DNA of 24,712 nt from Candidatus Omnitrophota bacterium (GTDB lineage Bacteria; Ratteibacteria; UBA8468; MWAK01): assembly GCA_043797665.1 (NCBI GenBank), contig JAZDPL010000066.1, positions 1 to 24,712 on the forward strand, in the 5' to 3' direction. Both the position numbers and the translations under genes were made by a program. Shown piece by piece: positions 10,401 to 16,966 of the stretch; position 1 is the first letter of the stretch, and every line of letters starts with the position of its first letter. The notes under the pieces are model-generated. The model was not told the DNA's origin and did not search any database. It worked only from the letters and a program-made list of their open reading frames with translations.

Positions 10401-11675
10401 TTATAATGGAATTCCGGAGTAACTATACGGCTCCGGCTTGCCGTCTAATTCTAATTTGATTACGGTATCGTGCCGGTCAGGCGGTTCCTCCGGCAAACCT
10501 TTCAGAAAGAGCCGACCACCAGCGGTCTGCTCAACCTTAACTTTTTTTCCGTTCGTCAAGACCCGGGCGGAGAGCACCTTATTCTTTATACCGGCAACCG
10601 CTGCGGATTTCCCGGGCCAGCGGAAGATGTGAAGATAGGCGGTGTTGCCCTTTACGATAGCGGTGCCTAACATTCCGCAACCCCAGTCACCACCCAAACC
10701 CGCCGGTACCCTCCCGGAACCATAAATGGATTCTCCGTTAACCTTCAACCACGCCCCTATTTCCTTGAGTCTCTTAATTTCTTCGTTTCTAACCGTGCCG
10801 TCGGGTTTAGGACCGATATTAAGAAGGTAGTTACCGGCACCGGCAGCCGCGATTACCAGATTCTGAATTAACTGGGTGGTGGTCTTGAAATTAGGATTAT
10901 TCTTGATGTAACCCCAACCGCAGAAGTCACCCATGGTCATACAGGACTCCCAGAGCCGACCCGCAACGGAAGCGGTGACCTGCTGTTCCGGGGTATCGTT
11001 ATCTTCGTCCAGACCGGAACGATTGTTGATGATAATCTTTGGCTGTAACTGCCGGACCATCCGGTTCAGTTCTTCCGAACGCCAACACTTGGCGATATCT
11101 TTTATGTTCAAGGCATAGTCAATACCGGGTATCCAGCCGCCGTCGTAGAAGAGATAATCTATCTGGCCGTAATTGCTCATCAGTTCTTTGACCTGGCTGT
11201 GTGCCTGCTTGACCATCGCCTCAAAACTCTCCGGATACTTCTCCCGGTTGTGGTAGCCGGGGAAACGCCAGTCTAAAAGGGAGTAGTAGAGTCCTACCTT
11301 CAGACCGGCTTTCCGGCAGGTTTCAACGTACTCGGCCACAAAATCTCTTTTGGCGGCGGTCTTCACCGAAGTGAAATCACTTACCTTACTGTCAAAAAGG
11401 CAGAAACCGTCGTGGTGCCGGCTGGTAAGAGCCATGTACTTCATTCCCGCTTCCTTCGCCAGGGAAACCCACCTATCCGCGTTGAACCGGACCGGTTTAA
11501 ACTTCTGCGCCAATTTTGCGTACTCTTCTTTCGGGATACGCTCCGCATACATCACCCATTCGCCCCGTTCCAGAAGAGAATAGAGTCCCCAGTGGATAAA
11601 CATCCCGAACCGTGCCTGGTGAAACCAGGCGGTGCGTTCCGCATAAGACAAACCCGTTTCTTTTTCTTCAGACAT
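10401..11675 (-). CDS. Alpha-L-fucosidase, GH29 (no signal peptide)
   Basis: WFHQARFGMFIHWGLYS, TSRHHDGF, GLYYSLLDW, nucleophile region YLFYDGGW, IINNR, WESCMT, NYLLNIGPKPDG, WLKVNGESIYG. SD GGAGGT. Confidence 0.95.
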   Translation of the reverse strand: MSEEKETGLSYAERTAWFHQARFGMFIHWGLYSLLERGEWVMYAERIPKEEYAKLAQKFKPVRFNADRWVSLAKEAGMKYMALTSRHHDGFCLFDSKVSDFTSVKTAAKRDFVAEYVETCRKAGLKVGLYYSLLDWRFPGYHNREKYPESFEAMVKQAHSQVKELMSNYGQIDYLFYDGGWIPGIDYALNIKDIAKCWRSEELNRMVRQLQPKIIINNRSGLDEDNDTPEQQVTASVAGRLWESCMTMGDFCGWGYIKNNPNFKTTTQLIQNLVIAAAGAGNYLLNIGPKPDGTVRNEEIKRLKEIGAWLKVNGESIYGSGRVPAGLGGDWGCGMLGTAIVKGNTAYLHIFRWPGKSAAVAGIKNKVLSARVLTNGKKVKVEQTAGGRLFLKGLPEEPPDRHDTVIKLELDGKPEPYSYSGIPL

Positions 11676-11706
11676 AAATTACCTCCAACTTAAAACATTT
11701 TTCTTC

Positions 11707-11779
11707 TGTCATTCTGAGGCGTGATATGCCGAAGAATCTCGTATTTAGAGACAGATTCTTCACTGCGTTCAGAATGACA
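11707..11779. repeat. REP-like family B doublet
   Basis: TGTCATTCTGAGG...CCGAAGAATCT...AGATTCTTCACTGCGTTCAGAATGACA; right arm 25/27 identical to that of 10332-10392. Confidence 0.88.
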
Positions 11780-11783
11780 ATCT

Positions 11784-11810
11784 TTATTATTATTATTATT
11801 ATTATTATTA
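11784..11810 (-). repeat. (TAA)9 microsatellite forming nine tandem in-frame stop codons of metF
   Basis: The plus strand reads (TTA)9 at 11784-11810; the first TAA on the minus strand (11810-11808) is the metF stop. Confidence 0.95.
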
Positions 11811-12683
11811 TAGGGCGGCGGAGTCCAGAACTTTTATTACGTGCTTCTCCCATCCGATGGGCATAATGTGGACTCCTCGGCACATCCCTTTCATATCTTT
11901 TATCAGTTCCGCGGCAATCGCCACGCTTTCGTCCACCCGCTTCTCTTTTGGTGCGTCCGCCATCCTCTTGATGTACCCCTCCGGAACCGTTACTCCGGAT
12001 ACGTGCTCGTTCATATACTTTGCCATACCCGCACTTTTAAGGAGAACGATGCCCGCCATCACCGGGACTTTAAGACCTTCCACGCTTTTGATGAACTTTT
12101 CAAACTTTTCTACGTCATAGACCGCCTGGGTCTGGAAAAACTCCGCCCCTTCGGCTATTTTCTTCTCCATCTTGAGCAACTCCGGCTCCAATGGGTCTTT
12201 ACCGGGGTTTACCACCGCGCCCAGACAGAAATGCGGAAAAGGTTCGGCTAACTTGTTGCCTGCCGAATCCACACCTTTCTCCAATTTCCGCGCCACCGCC
12301 AATAATTGAACCGCATCCAGGTCAAAGACCGGCTTGGCTGCCGGGTCATCGCCCAACTTGGGATGGTCCCCGGTCAGAGCCAGAACGTTCTCAATGCCAA
12401 AGGCGGCTGCGGAAAGGAGTTCTGACTGAAGCGATAGGCGGTTGCGGTCCCGGCAGGTCATCTGGAGTATCGGTTCCAGGCCCGCCTCTTTTAATTTGAT
12501 ACAGAGCGCCAAAGAACCCAGACGCATCACCGCACTCTGTAAATCGGTAACGTTGATGCCGTCCGCCCGGCCGCCAATCGCCTTGCCGATTTCTATCAAA
12601 TGCCCGACTTCAATCCCTTTATCCGGTCCGAACTCAACCGTCACCAGAAACTTACCTGCCTTCAACTTTTCTTTGAAGTTCAT
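11808..12683 (-). CDS. metF: Methylenetetrahydrofolate reductase, flavoprotein subunit
   Basis: VTVEFGP, GINVTD, EPILQMTCRDRNR, NVLALTGD, GAEFFQTQAVYD, GVHIM. Start corrected to MNFKEKL (ATG 12683, SD GGAG); the track's N-terminal extension is translated repeat DNA. Confidence 0.95.
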   Translation of the reverse strand: MNFKEKLKAGKFLVTVEFGPDKGIEVGHLIEIGKAIGGRADGINVTDLQSAVMRLGSLALCIKLKEAGLEPILQMTCRDRNRLSLQSELLSAAAFGIENVLALTGDHPKLGDDPAAKPVFDLDAVQLLAVARKLEKGVDSAGNKLAEPFPHFCLGAVVNPGKDPLEPELLKMEKKIAEGAEFFQTQAVYDVEKFEKFIKSVEGLKVPVMAGIVLLKSAGMAKYMNEHVSGVTVPEGYIKRMADAPKEKRVDESVAIAAELIKDMKGMCRGVHIMPIGWEKHVIKVLDSAAL

Positions 12684-12701
12684 AATTTCTCCATTAATAA
12701 C

Positions 12702-12766
12702 TGTCATTCCCATATGTAGTAAATGGGAATCCATTGGATTCCGGCTAAAAACATGCCGGAACGACA
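12702..12766. repeat. REP-like family A doublet (reverse orientation)
   Basis: TGTCATTCCCAT-ATGTAGTAA-ATGGGAATCCA-T-TGGATTCCGGC-TAAAAACAT-GCCGGAACGACA. Confidence 0.88.
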
Positions 12767-12775
12767 AAACCCGTC

Positions 12776-12806
12776 GGATTCCTGCTTACTACACGCAGGA
12801 ATGACA
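12776..12806. repeat. REP-like family A solo hairpin
   Basis: GGATTCCTGC-TTACTACAC-GCAGGAATGACA. Confidence 0.85.
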
Positions 12807-12813
12807 AATGACA

Positions 12814-13491
12814 TCATACTGCAGCCCCTTTCGCGGCCATCGGTTTCATCTTCTTTGACCAGTTCTTGGCTGGCTGAAACGTCTTCATCAGGTCTAAACG
12901 GCCGAGCTCTTTCAGCCGGTTATAAATCAGGGTCCAGCCGCAGGCCCGGTCTTCGCCAATCTCGCATTTACCGTCGTCGGTGGTTCCGCCGCAGGGACCG
13001 TTCAGAATTCCTTTGGCGCACAGGGTGTGGGGACACAGCCCGCCCAGAAGGTCAAGAATACACTCTCCACAAAGACTGCACTTCTCCTCAAAGTTATTCA
13101 CCAAACCCTGGGGTGTCAGTTCGGTCTTCCATTCCGGACCCAAAAAGAGCGTATCACAACCCGGAATCACCCACTTCCTGGTAATTTCGGTCAATACCTG
13201 GTTTCCCAAACCGCAGCAGAGAACCAGAATCGCTTCCGCGTTGTTGATTGCGTCCTGATGCTGCCGGAGGTCTTTCTTTACTGTGGGCAGGATACAGCCC
13301 CGTTCCGGCAGGATGTAACCGGTAACCACCTTCCCGTTTTCGGTCAGGAATTTGACCATCTCCTCTAACTCCGGTTTCCCGCCGGTCCGGCAGGTTGCCG
13401 CACAGGCTTCACAACCGGAAAGGAAGATTTTGTTGTACCCTTCCAATTTTTTCATAATATCTTCCCGCGACTTCTGAACCGTAATAATCAT
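12814..13491 (-). CDS. metV: MTHFR small Fe-S/Zn subunit MetV (MTHFR C-terminal-domain protein)
   Basis: GCEACAATCRTGG, LCCGLG, CSLCGECIL...CPHTLCAKGILNGPCGG...KCE...CGW. Immediately upstream of metF; SD AAGGAG. Confidence 0.9.
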   Translation of the reverse strand: MIITVQKSREDIMKKLEGYNKIFLSGCEACAATCRTGGKPELEEMVKFLTENGKVVTGYILPERGCILPTVKKDLRQHQDAINNAEAILVLCCGLGNQVLTEITRKWVIPGCDTLFLGPEWKTELTPQGLVNNFEEKCSLCGECILDLLGGLCPHTLCAKGILNGPCGGTTDDGKCEIGEDRACGWTLIYNRLKELGRLDLMKTFQPAKNWSKKMKPMAAKGAAV

Positions 13492-13511
13492 ATGCTCTCC
13501 TTATTCTTCCC

Positions 13512-13586
13512 TGTCATTCCCGCATGTTTTTAGCGGGAATCCATACCCGCAGACTGGATTCCGGCTTACTATCCGCCGGAATGACA
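13512..13586. repeat. REP-like family A doublet
   Basis: TGTCATTCCCGC-ATGTTTTTA-GCGGGAATCCA-N11-TGGATTCCGGC-TTACTATCC-GCCGGAATGACA. Confidence 0.9.
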
Positions 13587-13601
13587 ACTTATTTAAGATG
13601 T

Positions 13602-14450
13602 TTATACTGATTCCGCGGCGGCGGCGGTATTCTTCAGAAGTATCGCTACGGTAAGCGGACCCACCCCACCCGGAACCGGCGTAATCCAGGAAGCCCGTTT
13701 TTCTGCTTCCTCAAATTCCACGTCACCCACAAGTTTGTCGCCGACCCGGTTGATGCCAACGTCAATGACGATGGCACCCTCTTTAACCCATTCACCCTTA
13801 ACCAACCCTGCCTTACCTACGGCAACAATCAAAATCTCCGCCCGGCGCACGTAATCCGGCAGACTGCCCCGTTCACCGGTGGCGATATGACAAACAGAGG
13901 TGGTAACAAACTGAGCCAGAAGGAGTAAAGCCAGGGGCTTGCCCACAATTTCGGAATGCCCCACTACCACCGCTTCTTTTCCGTAAAGTTTTTCCCCGGT
14001 GGCAGATAGGAGTTCCATCACTCCGGCCGCGGTACAGGGTGTAAACCGGGGTTTAGCCAGAACCAGTAGACCCAGGTTAGCCGGGTTGATTCCCTCCACG
14101 TCTTTTTCCGGTGCAATCATCGCCTGAATCGCCCGGCTGTCCAGGGAAGGAGGCAACGGCATCTGGACGATAATTCCGTTTACTGCTCTATCGGTGTTGA
14201 GCCGGTTTATTTCCGCAGTCAGCGTTACTTGCGAAGTGTCTGCGGGTAACGTAAGGAGTTCGTAATCAATTCCGGATTTGGTACTGTTTATCTTCTGGCT
14301 CTTGACGTAGACCGCGCTGGCCGGGTTTTCGCCCACCTGAACCGCTATTAATTTGGGCGTTACTCCCTTTGCCTTTAAGCCCTCAACCTTTATTCTGACC
14401 TCTTCCTTAATCCTTTCGGCAATCCCTTTACCCTCTAAAAGCTGCGCCAT
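13602..14450 (-). CDS. folD: Methylene-THF dehydrogenase FolD (probably lacking cyclohydrolase activity)
   Basis: VGENPAS, GIIVQMPLP, EKDVEG, PCTAAG, IVGKP, VIDVGINR, ITPVPGGVGPLTVA. The YxxxK motif reads YVKSQ. Confidence 0.96.
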   Translation of the reverse strand: MAQLLEGKGIAERIKEEVRIKVEGLKAKGVTPKLIAVQVGENPASAVYVKSQKINSTKSGIDYELLTLPADTSQVTLTAEINRLNTDRAVNGIIVQMPLPPSLDSRAIQAMIAPEKDVEGINPANLGLLVLAKPRFTPCTAAGVMELLSATGEKLYGKEAVVVGHSEIVGKPLALLLLAQFVTTSVCHIATGERGSLPDYVRRAEILIVAVGKAGLVKGEWVKEGAIVIDVGINRVGDKLVGDVEFEEAEKRASWITPVPGGVGPLTVAILLKNTAAAAESV

Positions 14451-14472
14451 AATCCACCTCTCATGTCTGTGT

Positions 14473-14522
14473 GTAGGGGTCGGATTTATCCGACCCGAGG
14501 GTTCGATAAATCGAACCCCTAC
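14473..14522. repeat. GTAG-tagged REP doublet (REPIN-like); supplies the fchA stop codon
   Basis: GTAGGGGTCGGA-TTTA-TCCGACCC-GA-GGGTTCGA-TAAA-TCGAACCCCTAC; CTA at 14519-14521 is the TAG stop of fchA. Confidence 0.9.
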
Positions 14523-15160
14523 AATGTTTTGGAAAGCCGTCTTTTGGTTTCGGACAGGATGCGGCCGCTTTCCGAAAAGACCACTTCCCGAATTCTATTC
14601 AAATCCTCTTTTATCCCGGCCTCTTCTTCCAGCCCAGGCTGACCGGCAAAGTTAATCAGGATATTCATCTCCGCGGACTCATAGGCAGAACGAACCAGCG
14701 CAGCCGCACAGGCAACATCGCTTACCAGATAAGGGTTTCCCTTCTCCAAAAGAGGTTTTGCCAGTTGCAGAACTTCCCGGGTTAAACCGGTAATCTTCAG
14801 AAGGAGGATGTTCCCGTCCCGGACCGCCTGGAACAGGGCCGGAGTTCGGTTAGGATCAGCCTTATCCATCGCTGCCGCCTGACGGTATTTTAAATAAACC
14901 CGGCTGTCTTCTTCCACCAGGTCTGCCGATTCTTTTCTGATGGACTCAGTACGCTCTAAAATCTCCTTTGCTTCCGGCTCAAACTGGGCAAAACGCTTTT
15001 TGCCTATGGTAAAATTGGCGACCATCGAAAGGAGGCTGGCGGAAAGGGAAAGGACAAGGGCGGCTGCACTTCCGCCTCCGGGTACCGGGTCCCCGGAAGC
15101 CAACCGGGAAAGATAGATTTCTAACGGAGCCTGAAGGTAATCAATCTTTATCTCTTCCAT
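14519..15160 (-). CDS. fchA: Methenyl-THF cyclohydrolase / formiminoTHF cyclodeaminase family (FTCD_C)
   Basis: LASGDPVPGGGSAAA, LLSMVANFTIGKK, GNPYLVSDV, NILIN. Lies directly upstream of folD, as in clostridial fhs-fchA-folD clusters. Confidence 0.88.
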   Translation of the reverse strand: MEEIKIDYLQAPLEIYLSRLASGDPVPGGGSAAALVLSLSASLLSMVANFTIGKKRFAQFEPEAKEILERTESIRKESADLVEEDSRVYLKYRQAAAMDKADPNRTPALFQAVRDGNILLLKITGLTREVLQLAKPLLEKGNPYLVSDVACAAALVRSAYESAEMNILINFAGQPGLEEEAGIKEDLNRIREVVFSESGRILSETKRRLSKTL

Positions 15161-15161
15161 A

Positions 15162-15211
15162 GTAGGGGTTCGATTTATCGAACCCGCGGGTCGGATAAAT
15201 CCGACCCCTAC
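15162..15211. repeat. GTAG-tagged REP doublet, 1 nt from the fchA start codon
   Basis: GTAGGGGTTCGATTTATCGAACCC-GC-GGGTCGGATAAATCCGACCCCTAC. Confidence 0.9.
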
Positions 15212-15275
15212 ATTTTATTTGGGAATTTAATCACAAAGATTTTAGGTAATAATACAGAATGAAGGAAATAATCTT

Positions 15276-15334
15276 GTAGGGGTTTGATTTATCAAACCCG
15301 ATAATCTTTCGGGTTCAATGAATTGAACCCCTAC
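15276..15334. repeat. GTAG-tagged REP doublet (long-spacer type)
   Basis: GTAGGGGTTTGATTTATCAAACCC-gataatctttc-GGGTTCAATGAATTGAACCCCTAC. Confidence 0.88.
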
Positions 15335-15347
15335 AGTTTTAATGTTA

Positions 15348-15851
15348 TTATTGAATCAAAGAAACTTCGGTACGGTTTGCCAGTTCTCCGTTTACATACC
15401 ACTCCATAACCCAGAGACCCGGTCCGCCTTTATCAATCCAGTTCTTAACCTTGTCGGTTCCGCGCTGGAAGATATTGGTCTCCTTGTAGACCGTCACGTC
15501 ATCCTCAACCTGATAGACCGCTTCACCCATCGGAGAAAGAAGTTTGCAGGCGACCTTGGTGCCGATGGGTACGGTGACATAAGCCACAAACATTATATCT
15601 TCCGAGGTGCGGAAGGCATCTTTTATTCCCTTCCATTCGTCATCAGAGATTCGGCCATTCTTGTCCTTATCTTCCCACTTGTTACAGGCAAAAAAACCCG
15701 ATACCATCTGCTTGGTGGGTGGTACGTATACTGTCCGGGGTGGCACATTCGGCGGCGTTGTCTGGGATTTCATCGGGAACAAGCAACCGCAAGAAAACAA
15801 CCCCACGCATAAAATTACCAGAACGACTTTATCTCTACTCCACTCTCTCAT
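15348..15851 (-). CDS. Hypothetical lipoprotein with a canonical EF-hand-type Ca2+-binding loop
   Basis: Start re-assigned to ATG 15851 (SD GGAGGGGGAG). MREWSRDK, then hydrophobic VVLVILCVGLFS and lipobox-like C (LFSC/SCGC), a Pro-rich linker, and DKDKNGRISDDE. Confidence 0.7.
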   Translation of the reverse strand: MREWSRDKVVLVILCVGLFSCGCLFPMKSQTTPPNVPPRTVYVPPTKQMVSGFFACNKWEDKDKNGRISDDEWKGIKDAFRTSEDIMFVAYVTVPIGTKVACKLLSPMGEAVYQVEDDVTVYKETNIFQRGTDKVKNWIDKGGPGLWVMEWYVNGELANRTEVSLIQ

Positions 15852-15885
15852 CTCCCCCTCCAGAAATTTTAAAATTACGACTAAA

Positions 15886-15915
15886 AGTATACCACTTATT
15901 AAATACACCTGTCAA
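15886..15915 (-). promoter_or_regulatory. Sigma70-like promoter of the lipoprotein gene
   Basis: Minus strand TTGACA-N18-TATACT with extended -10 TG (TGgTATACT). Confidence 0.65.
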
Positions 15916-15979
15916 AAGATTCATGCCCTTTCCCATCCCTTACAGATTCAACTGTAAGAATACCCGTAAGGGGACCCGT

Positions 15980-16048
15980 ATTCCCGCATGTCCCTGGCGG
16001 GAATCCATACAGAACCTGGATTCCTGCTTACTATCCGCAGGAATGACA
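15980..16048. repeat. REP-like family A doublet (left terminus eroded)
   Basis: ATTCCCGC-ATGTCCCTG-GCGGGAATCCA-N9-TGGATTCCTGC-TTACTATCC-GCAGGAATGACA. Confidence 0.85.
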
Positions 16049-16061
16049 AACAAGGGAAGAT

Positions 16062-16823
16062 TCAGGAAATTTCAATCTTCAGGCCGTCGCCGGCGGCAAT
16101 CACTTCTATGCCCAGACGCCGACTCATCTCTGCGGCTGCTTCCCAGGGTTTGAGCGCCAGAGCGGTCCGGCCAAAGTGGGTGAGAATCGCTTTTTTAGGT
16201 TTTATCTTAGCCAAAATTGTTTCTGCTTCCGGAAGGGAAAGGTGAAATATCTCCGGCTTTGGCTGGGCAAGGACCACGTTGACAACCACCATCTCACCGG
16301 AAAAAGAGTCTTCTATTCCGGGAAAATACCCGGTATCGGTGATAAAAGATATTTTTTTACCTTCCAGATTGAAATTAAACCCGTAGGTCTCTACCGGATG
16401 GAGCATCTTCTTAACCGGGGTAAAAGTAATTTCACCCACCGAATATTCCTTCCCTTCGGTGAGTGCCTCTACCCGGGCCGGAAAAGAACGCAGGTAATGA
16501 AAGATAATCGGGTCAGGACCAGAGAGGGCGTCCTGCGGGACAAAAACCGCACCCTGTCTTTTGTGTCCGCCGGAGGTCATCGCCTCAATCATCACGTTGA
16601 CGTCATTGGAGTGGTCCAGGTGCTTGTGGGAGAGAACGACTGCGGTAAGTTTGGTAGGGTCTAAACGGGGCCGGCTGGAAGTGGCCCGTACCAGCGAACC
16701 CGGGCCCGGGTCCAGAATGATATTTTCGGAACCGGACGAGAGCCAGATGCCGCCGGAGGCGCGCAACTGTTCGATCATTACAAACCGCGCACCCGCCGTC
16801 CCCAAGAATTTAATAAACGCCAT
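16062..16823 (-). CDS. Metallo-beta-lactamase-fold hydrolase (RNase Z/PhnP-like)
   Basis: IKFLGTAG, LDPGPG, HxHxDH motif (SHKHLDH), ITDTG, HLS, LTHF. Start is ATG 16823 or 16829. Confidence 0.9.
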   Translation of the reverse strand: MAFIKFLGTAGARFVMIEQLRASGGIWLSSGSENIILDPGPGSLVRATSSRPRLDPTKLTAVVLSHKHLDHSNDVNVMIEAMTSGGHKRQGAVFVPQDALSGPDPIIFHYLRSFPARVEALTEGKEYSVGEITFTPVKKMLHPVETYGFNFNLEGKKISFITDTGYFPGIEDSFSGEMVVVNVVLAQPKPEIFHLSLPEAETILAKIKPKKAILTHFGRTALALKPWEAAAEMSRRLGIEVIAAGDGLKIEIS

Positions 16824-16830
16824 AAACATA

Positions 16831-16905
16831 TGTCATTCTGACCCTTGAGCGAAGCGAAGGGGAAGAATCTATGTTTTAGATCCTTCGCTACCGCTCAGGA
16901 AGACA
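16831..16905. repeat. REP-like family B doublet variant with internal CCCTT...AAGGG hairpin
   Basis: TGTCATTCTGACCCTTGAGCGAAGCGAAGGGGAAGAATCT-atgtttt-AGATCCTTCGCTACCGCTCAGGAAGACA. Confidence 0.8.
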
Positions 16906-16928
16906 CCCACGATATTATAGCACAGACC

Positions 16929-16958
16929 TTGATTTTTTATGGCCGGTTCTGGTATAAT
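16929..16958 (+). promoter_or_regulatory. Sigma70-like extended -10 promoter of the Lon-like gene (near-leaderless transcript)
   Basis: TTGATT-N18-TATAAT with TG at the extended -10 position. ATG lies only 8 nt after the -10 hexamer; no SD. Confidence 0.7.
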
Positions 16959-16966
16959 TCTTTGTC

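Noticed and set aside
11668..11883. 71-aa ORF with a poly-Ile run
   Set aside because: The Ile run is the (TAA)9 tract read in another frame, and the rest is REP and metF overlap.
12684..12767. N-terminal extension of MetF (MSFRHVFSRNPMDS...) as an in-frame repeat-derived peptide
   Set aside because: It is a translation of the family A element; ATG 12683 has an SD and gives the normal MetF N-terminus.
15162..15340. THF or other riboswitch upstream of the folate operon
   Set aside because: The structured sequence is fully explained by two GTAG REP doublets. No aptamer consensus is recognisable by eye; an Rfam scan would settle it.
15939..15958. Hairpin CTTACAG-ATTCAA-CTGTAAG as a terminator for the MBL gene
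   Set aside because: Weak stem and no U-tract on the minus strand; single occurrence. It could be an operator but this is unsupported.
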